Of a DNA stretch of 64,000 nucleotides, positions 11,590 to 22,657 are shown piece by piece. The position numbers were made by a program, and so were the translations under genes. The number at the start of each line of letters is the position of its first letter. Within the stretch, counting starts at the first letter, position 1. This DNA is from Trichinella spiralis (Eukaryota): assembly GCF_000181795.1 (NCBI RefSeq), contig NW_003526941.1, forward strand, positions 2,507,700-2,571,699, read 5' to 3'. The notes under the pieces are model-generated. The model saw only the letters and a list, made by a program, of their open reading frames with translations, was not told the DNA's origin and did not search any database.

Positions 11590-13713
11590 TCAGTCGAGCT
11601 GACAGCCGAATTGCTGCAAAGATTGTTTGAAGACGTTCGACGCAGCCTGTGGGCATCCTCGGTCGACGGCCAGTCTGGCACAGTTGAAAAATTGCTTAAC
11701 ACGACCACAAGAGAGACTGGCTCCTCTTTTGGGAGTCTGGTCATCGTTGTGGTCGAGTTCGTCTTGTCCGGGAGCGCTTCCAAGCAGATGCTTGCTACAG
11801 GCGTGACGGTTGCGAATCACCAACGACAAGCAGTCGTAGTGTTCGTGAAAAGCGTTGATGTGCTGCGGTGAGCAAAAATAGCCGAGCAGGGAATTGGCGG
11901 CCGAGACGACCGCATCGTCGGCACAGTCCTGGAACCAGCTGAACGGGCATTGCAAAAAGGCGGTGGCGTACAAGTCGCACAAGTCCAATATTTCCGCCTT
12001 GCCGTAGTGGTACAACGGCAGAGAGAGATTTTCAAGCCGGTGGGTGCGGTGCAAGTGGACCAGACGTTCAAAGACCGGCGCCAGACAGTCGCGGACGCGT
12101 TTCTGCCTCGTCAGTGCGCATCCATCTTCGTTGTTGCTCGCATCAGCATCAGCTGGTTGATGGTGTTGTTCATTCACATCTACTTCATCATCGTCGTCTT
12201 CTTCTCGATTTTCTTCCACTTGTCGTTCAACTGAAACTTCTGTCACTTTCTTCTGCGATTTGACACTGCCAAAAGCCAACAACGCCAAACGATCGTCCAA
12301 TTCAATACCGCTGTCTTGAACTGATCATTGGAAATAGAAGAAATTTTAAACAACAAAAATAATGATCTCCTCCTACAGATTTATTGTTTTACTTGCGCTG
12401 GCAACGTCGGCAATCGTGCCCACGTCGCACCAGTACTGACGGATCGACTGCACCAGGGTGGATATTGCTTCTGTGGAACATTTGCGACCAAGCTGGGGCA
12501 GGATGCAACGGAAAAAGGCCGGCATCCGTGGACAAACTTCACGGTGAAATCCCGGCTCCCAAGCACCTTGCAAATAATGCCAACACTGACCGGCGGATTG
12601 GATCGACTCGCGGACGCATTGGAAGTGGGCGAAAAATGCATCCTGCTCGGAACCGCAAGCGTAGCCGAGCAGTGCGTTGGCAAATTGGACAACTGGACGC
12701 GACGGACAGCGTTGCACTGCCGTGCAGCTCGCCTTGATCTGGTGGACAGTATCGCACATGTATTCGAGTTCGTGGGCACGGAATGTGTACAATGGAAAAC
12801 CGATGGTGTTCAGTTTGTGATCTTTGACGCGCAGAAGACGCCAATAATTCTCCAACGGCTGAAACAGATACAACACTGTACACGTGGAGTAGGGGTTTTG
12901 TTTTTTGCCCAAAAAATTAATTCTACTTCAAAACATTCATCAACAGCTTCTCGGTCGTCTTTTTCGCATTGACGAGAATCAGACTGAGCTGAAACAAAAA
13001 ATAATAATAAACCAACAAATCAACATGTATGCATGATGCATGGCAATTGTCAAATTCTCTGTGGTGCTCGTTTTACCAGAAGATTCCAATAGACTTTCCA
13101 AACTGCAGCTCTGGATGTCGATCAACTTGACAAGTTCCGCCACGGCACCGGTTCCGCACTGCGCCTGCAGTGGTTCCTGTATGCAAGTGTAGAATTCAGC
13201 CAACGACTGGCACTGTTCCGCTGGATTGTCACGCCTGGTCAACTGCAGAACACACTGACCGTGGTTGCGCATCACCGCCTGAGTGCAGTTGTGCCAGAGC
13301 GGATTTTGGTGCTCGCAGGCAAATTGTAAGCCCGTCTGCACCAGCCGCAACGCGTCGTTGCTCGACGAGCACCGGGCAAAGTCGAACGAGCAACGGAGAC
13401 GAGCCTGTTCGAGCTTGGCGCACAGTTGGCGCGTCTCGACCCGGCTCAGGAACAATACCTGCAGCATCGCCTTGTCGAGACTGACCTTGCGGCTGCGGAT
13501 CCTCTGCCAGCTTTCTTCGATCGGATGCAAGCAGGACAACATCTGCTCGTCGCTAATCCCATTCGGACAAACCGCTCTCACTACAGCTGCAAAAAATCTT
13601 CTTGGAAAAACAAATTCCCACATCCCAAGCTTTTCTCACTCACCTTCGAAGTGAATAATTGACAGTATCAAACTGCAAAACAATGCACACTTGGACGACG
13701 ACAACATACGCAT
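11590..13713 (-). CDS. Secreted protein with three tandem Cys-rich helical domains (DUF19/CPG4-like), 5 exons
   Basis: Exons 13713-13644 (hydrophobic signal-like MRMLSSSKCALFCSLILSIIHFE), 13586-13077, 12988-12927, 12858-12393, 12320-11590. The GT-AG introns of 57, 88, 68 and 72 bp join three track ORFs in frame. Each repeat shares the pattern C..CL/F.P...P/VL....E...LC..C..C....L.Y/F.C...C....C...C...F..C....C......C. The family name is assigned from Cys spacing. Confidence 0.8.
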
Positions 13714-14360
13714 ACTGGCTAGCCAAGGTGGTCGGGAGGGGGGTTGTTGTGTTGCTTGCCGGTTGCGTGCGCTTATGAGAACAGCCGTGAGCTTTGTAAA
13801 TTCAGTCGACCAACACGCTACGGTTATCTTCGGCATTTCGGTGTCATCCAAAGCAGGTGAACCAGTTGCACAAAACGAAAAAACAAACCCACACCATCTA
13901 GCGGGCACCTAGTGACCTACAGCCATTCCAGGATCCGAGTTGGGTTAACAAGTCGGTCGGTCAGCCTGTGTCGGCCAACTAGCATTGCTTCTTCTTCTTC
14001 TTCTTCATCTTGTCGCTTCTCACTTCTCAGCATCTTTGACATCTCAATTTTTTCAGCACTGAACCTTTACACATACACAGAAGCCAACTCTTACCACTTG
14101 ATGACATCACATGACACCAACTGCGAAAAATCATAATAAAATTTAGTTAAATCGGTCATTTATAAATTTTATATAATCACAATTAATTTCATAAACTGCT
14201 TTTCAGTCATTCTTTCTCTTTTACTCATTCATCTCCATTTCTATAATAACACATTCTTCACACATAAATTATAAATTTTACAATAAAAATATAACAATAA
14301 TGATATAATTTGAAAAAAAAGAAAACAATAATTAAATTAAATTAACAACATTATCATATT

Positions 14361-15224
14361 TTAAGCTTTTTGAACTGCATTCTGAAATGTTTGCAAACAG
14401 CTAATTCGTCCATTTTCCAAAATGTCACCATTCAAACAACCATCCACAACATTTTCGTAAAATTGTACAGCTATACGATCGACGAACATTTCACTATAAT
14501 ATTCGCATTTTCATAAAATATACTTGAAACAAGAAAAAAAAACCATCAACCTTACCGAAAATTTTGAAAATTACTATAATTTTTTTCTTTCGATGAATCG
14601 TCAAAAGGATTTGCAACTATAAAAATAAAACATCTTCTTCATCAAATGCGCATATTAACCAACAAGTATGTAAATCATAATTTGCATATGTCAAATTAAT
14701 CAAACATATTGAAAATTCACACAAAACAGACCCTGCTAACCTAAATGTCAACCCTATTTTGTGAAGTTCATCATAAAGAGGAATTTTTTCTTCATACCAA
14801 CAACATCGATATAAAAATTTTATTCTTTGTGACAACTAAGCTGACTGACCTGTTTGCAGATTTGAACTTGAACTTCAATAAATCAATTTTACAAAAACTA
14901 TCGTTTCATCAAATCTGCACTTATTTGTTTACTTCATTTTACAAAAAATAAATTAATGAATAGTATGACTTACATTTCATCTTTGAGACGAACATCAACG
15001 TCTGTACTGGAATAAAATAATCAGGAAAGACAGTGGATTGTTTGGCCAGTATCCAATGTCCATTTTCTGACGACATCAGCTTCACCTGATGTTGCAAAAG
15101 GTGCACCACGTCCAACGGCGTCAACAGTGGAGCTGCCTCGAAATGAAGCGCCTTCGGTATACTGTAACGTTTGTCGATAGCTTTGCAAAACTTTGCCACC
15201 AACTGCAATCTGCAATATATATAC

Positions 15225-15276
<52 letters not shown>

Positions 15277-15851
15277 TATTTATTCTTTTCTTCTCCATAA
15301 CATTCACACTCTGCTAACCTCTGTTGATAAGGGAAATTTTCAACATTGACATCACCAAGCCAAGCTGCATCAATAATACGAAATAAAGACACTTTTTCCG
15401 TTAATTTAATATTATTCTAAAAGCATATTAATAAATAAAAATAAATAAATAAATATATATATATTTATTTATTTATTCAATGATATTTATATTCAATTAT
15501 GCACATTTTTATTTGCAATAATTAATTTCAAAAATGTAAATTAAAAAATCTTTTTCTCCATGTGCATTTTTTCAAAATGAAAAAACTCTACAATTTAGGC
15601 TGAATGTTGCTATTTTCCAAGTTGAACTGTGTCAAAAGTCTTCTTTTCACTAACCTTCCTACGCAACCTGACAAATTTTTTCTAGCTTTTCTTTTGACGA
15701 TTAATTTCATACGTGCAATTATAAAAAAATGAAATAAACCACGATCAAAATAATTTCCACTTTAACTGATTTCTCAGCACTGACTGACAAACAACAGTCA
15801 CTGTACAAAACAAAACGATCACTGCTGAAGAAAGCCTTATTTCATGGAGGA

Positions 15852-15891
<40 letters not shown>

Positions 15892-18573
15892 TCATGTCAC
15901 AAATAAAATTATGAAATAATAATTGACTTTTTGAAAACTTACCGATTCTATAGAACACGATGATGAACTAGCAGCAGTGCTATAACATCGAGTAAAACTG
16001 CCAAAGATGACAGTATTGTTTGGCAAATAGGCTTCAACGCAATCAAATTCTTTCCATTCCTTGTCATGAAAATAGTACAAATTGTTCTGCTAATTTATAC
16101 AAAAATATAAAAAGAATATAAATTTTTCCAAACATCTGAAATAATTCAATTTTCAATTTTTTAATACCCCTCCAGCAATGAGAACTGTCGCCTCACCAAA
16201 ACTAGCCACAACCAAATGTTGCACAATGTTCAAACGTTGTAACCACGAAGCGTCGACTTTGATACGCTTTTCTAATAACCAACTTGCGTTTCGCTGTAAA
16301 TCAAAGAGAAAGATATTTATTAAAATTTAACAACAACAACAATACAATAATCAATTAGCTCGCTTACTGGAGATAAAAGTTTAAAAATCATTTCAGCCGA
16401 CTGTGTAAAATTTTTCGCTGATTCGTCAGGAATTTTCCACAAATTCAAACAATATTCCCTGATCAACTGTTGACGGTTATCACGCAATGTTCGATTCTCT
16501 GAAAATGTCTTGTATTTCTTTAAAAACGATATCTGTCTTGCTGAAAGTCTGAAAAATTAAATTCCAATTATATTCATGTCTCAATTCAAAAAAAAAAAAC
16601 AAAAAGCTTCCTACTGTTCATTGATTTCCATAAAGTGAGACATGAATTCATTCGCTTCTTGAACAAAATTTGACGGTAACAATTGCCGTATATCTTCATC
16701 CGCGTTGAATGTGTCGAACATCAAATTTGCTTTGATTAAATAATCTGAGATTTGTTTGCAATTTCCTCGAAAACCAATACCAATAACATACCTTTAAAAA
16801 TTACCAATAAATAAAATAATATTCAAAAGTTAAAAAACAATTCTCCAACTTTTCAGAATTGCCTGGACGACTTGAATGTGGTTTGTGCAGTGTGAGTTTG
16901 TCAAAGCAATGCCACAGCAGACAAATCAAGTCAACTGTGAACGGCGTGAAGGTGTCGAAGAATTTGCATAGAAATGTGCCTCCCTTTCTCAAAACCAACA
17001 AACCACACAACGATTGGCACAGATAAATACGTTTCGAAAGCACTTCTTGTAAAATTTCTTCGCCCACTACAGAAAATCCCTAAAACAGAAGCAAAGGCTA
17101 AATATTAGGAAAAAAATTTTTTTCTTTAAATTATTATTACCAAAATTTACCCCATCTGCCATAAAAAGATGTACACCTTTTTGATCAGTATTTTTCAGTA
17201 CAAAATTGGAAAAACTTTCCAAATTGCTTCCCTTCGTTATATCACCATCTCCATCAATACCATCTTCACCATAAAAAGCTTCGAACATTACTGGCGATGA
17301 TGCGGTAAATTTGTCCAAACGAAAATCACAATCATTTCTCAATGTCATGCCAAAACCATGCGCATTCCAACCACGTTTCCATAGCACGTATTCTGTGAAG
17401 CCTCCTGGTCCAGAACAGACGTCAGCAAAGTAAAACAATTCTGGATATTCAGCTACATTTGGAACTATAGAATTCTATGAAATTTTGTATTTGTAAAATA
17501 ATTATTCAAAGAAAGCAACATCACATTTTTAAATACCCCATCTGCATCTTTCGGATCCGTAAGCTGAAAGTCGACCAAAGCATCCAAATTTGCCAACTTT
17601 ATAGCAGCTCTGCAAAACGTCAAAAAATAATGTGCAAAATTTTTAATCAATAAAAACAAATGTAGTACCTGTTCTGAAAAATTGCACTTTTAATCGATTC
17701 AAAAGGATTGGCCCTTGATCGAGCACTTCGCAAACGCCAATCTTTAATGTTGTGCAATTCACTCTTAATTTACAATATAATTAATGTTTACATAAAACCG
17801 AAAACAAAAATGTCCATTTGTGTTACCTTTGCAAGCAGAAGATCATTTAGGATATTCTTTTTGAAATAACTATCTTCTTGGCGTGAATCTTTCACTCGCT
17901 TAAAGCAACAGCAATGACCGATTAAACAAATTAAAGAAAATCATACTCTTCCTATTTTGATGCACTTTTCATCCAATTTGAGATCAATTGCAAGCGGAGA
18001 AGGCGACGGTGGGAACCATTTCACTTCTTCAATAATTTCCATCTGTGGGTGATGATTTATGTAAAAAAAATAAAAAACTAAAATTTAAAATATTCGTAAA
18101 CTAATTCACCTTTTCCATTTCCCAATCAGGTAGAGTATGATGATCAGAATGTGGAACTGCCATGCCTTGGTCCTGAATTCCAAACCCAGGGCCTTCTTTG
18201 AATTCCATTTCCTTCTAAAATAGATCCATTGAATGAACAAACAGCCAAAAATTCCAAAATGGACAACCCAAACATACCATTGTTTCATTGATTATTTTTC
18301 CACTACTGCAGCGTTTTTCATATGGTTCAGTGTTTTCTAATCTATAAAAAACAATAATGATGCTGATAATGTAATGTTATTTGAAGATGCTGATCATTTG
18401 CAACGGTACTCTAATAAAGACACCGGCTGTACACACTGATCGCCAGAAAGCTTCCGTTTCAATAAATTTGAACCTGACGATGCCGTCGAACAGCAAACTT
18501 CGGCTAAGTCATCTGAATGGACATTTTCGAAGGAAACATTTTCAATTTCACAAAATTCACCTGATTCATCCAT
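14361..18573 (-). CDS. cmtr-1: Cap-specific mRNA (nucleoside-2'-O-)-methyltransferase 1, multi-exon
   Basis: G-patch-like [16 protein letters not shown] (~18160-18210); [22 protein letters not shown] motif [34 protein letters not shown] (K-D-K-E tetrad of FtsJ/RrmJ 2'-O-methyltransferases). C-terminal exons lead to TAA at 14361-14363. Boundaries of the 3' exons are less certain. Confidence 0.9.
15216..15274. repeat. Compound (TA)n(TG)n microsatellite in a CMTR1 intron
   Basis: Direct inspection. Confidence 0.95.
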
Positions 18574-18891
18574 ATCTATGAGAAAAAAAATTTTTTTTAA
18601 TAAGAACTTACAAATTTTTATTTCACGCGCGATAGTGCACACTGTGAACATTTTTGCGCCATTCAACATTAGAAGGTTAATATAAAAATAAAATCTTTAC
18701 TAATGCCTATTTAAAAAATTAAAAACTTTTCATATACAAGCAGAACATCAAAAAAAGATTTTGTTAACTACATAATTTGAAGTAAAAGTTCAACAGAAAT
18801 ACAAATGTTATTTGATACAAAAATTAACAAATTATAAAATATTAAACAGTTCAAAAACGTATATTCCACTTGATGTACGAAAAGGAACGCA

Positions 18892-18903
18892 TTGGCGCGA
18901 AAA
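18892..18903. promoter_or_regulatory. Canonical E2F-type site TTGGCGCGAAAA upstream of CMTR1
   Basis: The reverse complement TTTTCGCGCCAA matches the E2F consensus, in an otherwise AT-rich intergenic region about 320 bp upstream of the ATG. Confidence 0.35.
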
Positions 18904-19529
18904 ACTTAAATAAATAGGTCATTTGGAAAGACACTTGTGGCGTTCAAATGTAAATAATCAATCGGACCGGTTTGACGATGATGCACGATAAGATGATGTT
19001 AAAAATCAAGTACGATTGTCAATCAGCCTACAGTATGCCTAATTTTAAATTGATGAAAAACTTATGCACATTAAGCACTGCAGTCAAGCATGTGTAGATG
19101 CTTACACAACCATCGAGACAAATTTCACATTCCTTAAAATAAAAATAATTGATTTTTCAACATTTTGAGATTTTGCTATTATCAAATTAAAAATTTTTTC
19201 TCACAAAATTATTCAACTTGGAAAAACTATACCAATTGTTCACTTTATCCCGTACAATTACAGTGTTATAAATAAGCAATAAATTTATATTACAATAACA
19301 CGCTTACCGAAACGTTATAAAATTCATTCTAATGACTTCAAGAATTTCCTACAGAATTACTTTTCACAAACCTTAAATAAATAAACAAAAAAAAATATAT
19401 ATATATATTTCAAGACAACAAATTAATTGAATTATATATACCCTGATGAATTTTGTTGGCTTCATATAAAAATAACGGTTTTATTAGTCATATGCATTTG
19501 AATATAATATGTACTGTAAAAAAAATTGG

Positions 19530-22087
19530 TTAATATCCAAGCTTTTCATTTAGCGACGTCCTTCCGTCGCCAGTCTGATCTACAAAACAATTAAACAATC
19601 AATTCCACAGTATCCATATAATAATATGATGCAAACGTACTCTCAGGTGGTAGCCATTCGGAAAAATTTTCTTCCTCCGGTCCCGTTCCATAAGGAAAAA
19701 CAAAACTTCGCTTGAACTAAAGTATAATTTCAGAAAGTAAAAAAATACAAATAATTTGCAATCAAAATAATAATTACTGTACCCTTCGTTCAGATGGTTG
19801 ATCAGTATTCGCAGCAGATTCTTGCTCGTCTTCTTCGATAAAGGGTCGTTTAGAGGAAGTTGTTTTTTCTTCATTCAGTGGCTTCTTATCCAATTCAGGC
19901 AATGTCTTCGTCGACTTTCCCATTTTAACTTCATCTTGCTTTTCCTCTTTCTTTGCTTCTCCTGTTTCTTCTTCTTCTTCTTCTTCAACTTCTTCAACAA
20001 ATTTGTCTGATGTGGATTCCGGCAATTTTGGAACAAATACAGGCAAAACCATCTGCTCTTTCCTGCCGAAACCTCCCATACGTCCGACCAAGACGTTCTG
20101 CGTACGTGTTGGGCCACAGTCAGACGGCTTATCGACCAAGAGCCGTTTGAAAGCTGGCATTTCAGCTGGTTTAGCTACTTTAACCAACAAAGCGGTTCGA
20201 GCTCGTTGCTTTTCCAACGCTCCTAACCGTGTCCGCAACTGAGACTGCTTCACCTTGACATTCTGAAGATCACAGCGCGTCATATTTGCCAAAAACTCAT
20301 CCAAAGAATCTCGACCAGGTTGAACTGCAACTTCACCTCCTTTTTCAGCTAAAACATTTCCCAATTTATCATCATGCCACCTTGTTGTATTGGAATGGTT
20401 ACCTTCTGCGGCTAACAATTTCAATTGACTTTTTGTTCTTTCAATATCTGCATCCAGAGATTCCAATTTTTGCATCAAAGTATTGTAATTGTCCACCTTC
20501 GAACGCGTGTTCATCTTCATCTCACGTTCATAGCGAAACGCGCGCTTGCGTTCAATTTCCCCAGTACGGTCCAAAAATTCATCTTCATCTGAATCATAAT
20601 AATCATTTGATTTCCAGTCTTTCTTTTTTCTTCCTCTGCCAACTGAAATGTTTCATTTTAAATTCTCACAACGCCAACAATAATTAATATATTACTAACT
20701 TTGAGAACTCTTCCTCAGTACATCATGAGCATCCAATAGTCGACAAGCTTCGAGAGCACATTGGAAAATTGCATCTTTTTTTGCTCCACTAACTACCGCT
20801 TCCGCAAATACGGGCTTGCCAGTTGAAGTTTCAATTGGAAGTCTAAATTGTTAAAATAGCAACGAATAATGTTCAACCTTTGCACATTCGAATTGCAATA
20901 CTCTATTCGACAACACCATGTACGCCGAAATGTTGGTCCCTTTTCAGAACAATCGTACACTAATTCATGACCTTCTCGATCGAAGAATTTCTTAAGAACT
21001 TTCTTCGGATCGTCTTTATAATACTGTTCCCTTTGTTCGAGATGTTCAAAGTCAATATCTTCCCCATCTTCACTTTCTTCCCCTTCACTGTCTTCCTGCT
21101 GTTCATGGTCATCTTCACCGTAGTCAGAAAGACCCCAATCAATTCCTCGATCCAAAGCAGGACTGTCATGAAATTCCGCTTGAAGACTGCCTGCTTTCGA
21201 TTCAACAACATCTTTCCATTTTCTGGACGTGTCGATCAGTGCTTTCTGACGTTCAACACGTTGCTTCAGCTCAGTGACTGTGAATTCTGATTCAGGTTCT
21301 TCGTCCCATTCTGGTCCCTTAAGAATAAAAAAAAACCATCAAAATCAATTTTTGCAATCATAATTATTGCCTACTTGTAATATGTAGAATCTCGTACTGC
21401 TGCCAAAAGCAATCATGTGGCCGACTTTTACACGCATATACATGAAAGGTGGAATTTTCTCTTTGTTCAAAAATGTCCCATGCGTACTGCCAAAATCAAA
21501 AATATACCAACCCAACTGATGAGATTCACCAACTGCTCTATACTGAAATACAGCATGGCATCTTGAGATCGACGGATGTTCTAATTGAACGTCAACGTAT
21601 TCTGCACGTCCAAAAGAAATGTACGGCTTATTCAAATTAATTTTGCCAATCATGCAACCTTGCTTTAAGACTTCAAAACTGTACAATAACTCTTCTGGAT
21701 GACCAGACCATGCAGGAATTTTATAAGGTAAAGACGAAGCGTTACGTTCCGCTATCGTTTTGTTTTCACTAAATCGAAACAACAGTTCTTCGATTGAAAT
21801 CAGAAAACATAATACAGTTTTAAAATAGAAAAATAAACATTTATTTTTTACTTCTGAATGTCATTTGATGTTGCTGTTGGTGGTGGTGGTGAAAAATGTT
21901 CGGTCGAATGATCGTCCAACGTAACTGATGTTGAATTCTGAAACTTGGTATCAACGGATTCAGAAATTTTAACACTATTTTCAGTTTCTCCAACCGGTGC
22001 TACAGGAAAGGGAACTTTAAAGCATTCGCTATCAGTTTGATTGCAACGACTGGCTTCTTGCAGATTACAGCCTTTTTCAGAAGACAT
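19530..22087 (-). CDS. SLC4A1AP: Kanadaptin (SLC4A1AP): FHA domain + dsRBD-like domain + coiled coil
   Basis: FHA (FGRAEYVDVQLEHPSISRCHAVFQY...DFGSTHGTFLNK...FGSSTR); YYKDDPKKVLKKFFDREG; DYYDSDEDEFLDRTGEIERKR; DSLDEFL; diagnostic C-terminus QTGDGRTSLNEKLGY then TAA at 19530-19532. Confidence 0.93.
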
Positions 22088-22657
22088 TGCTAAAACAATT
22101 CAAATAACACTTTATGGAAATTCACAATAAAACAGTTTCATGAAGTTTCACAAAAAACCATTCATAAACAAAACAATTATTGTTCTTCAGAAAAATTTAC
22201 TTTTATATGTATAAAACGATTTATTTTATAAAAGCGGTTCGATCTTAAAAGTAGAGCAATTTTTGTGTTCAAAAAATATTGTATTACACAAAATAAATAC
22301 AGTATGATATACCATAATTAGTGATAATCAAGCAAAATTTATTTTTACTTGTAGCATCAGTAAGTATTCTGATACACATAAATTTTTAATTAATAAAATA
22401 TGTGCACCTAATTACATTGTATTTAATTTTTTCTTAATATAAAATTTGAACAAAAACTAAGTACAAGCGTTGTGCGATTTGTTTTCGAGCTGCTTTTGAA
22501 CTTCGACCGTTGAACTAGCAACATATACATCTTTTTAAAAACAGTGTGAAAATTTTTATAAATGCAAAATACGAAATCTAATTTATTTACATAAACAATG
22601 ACAACAAATATATCAAACAGATGAAATGGAAAGTGCAAAAAATGTTGTATTTTCGTT

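Noticed and set aside
11611..13662. Long plus-strand ORFs (e.g. 12328-12972, 13283-13654)
   Set aside because: Antisense shadows of GC-rich coding exons; no recognisable protein features.
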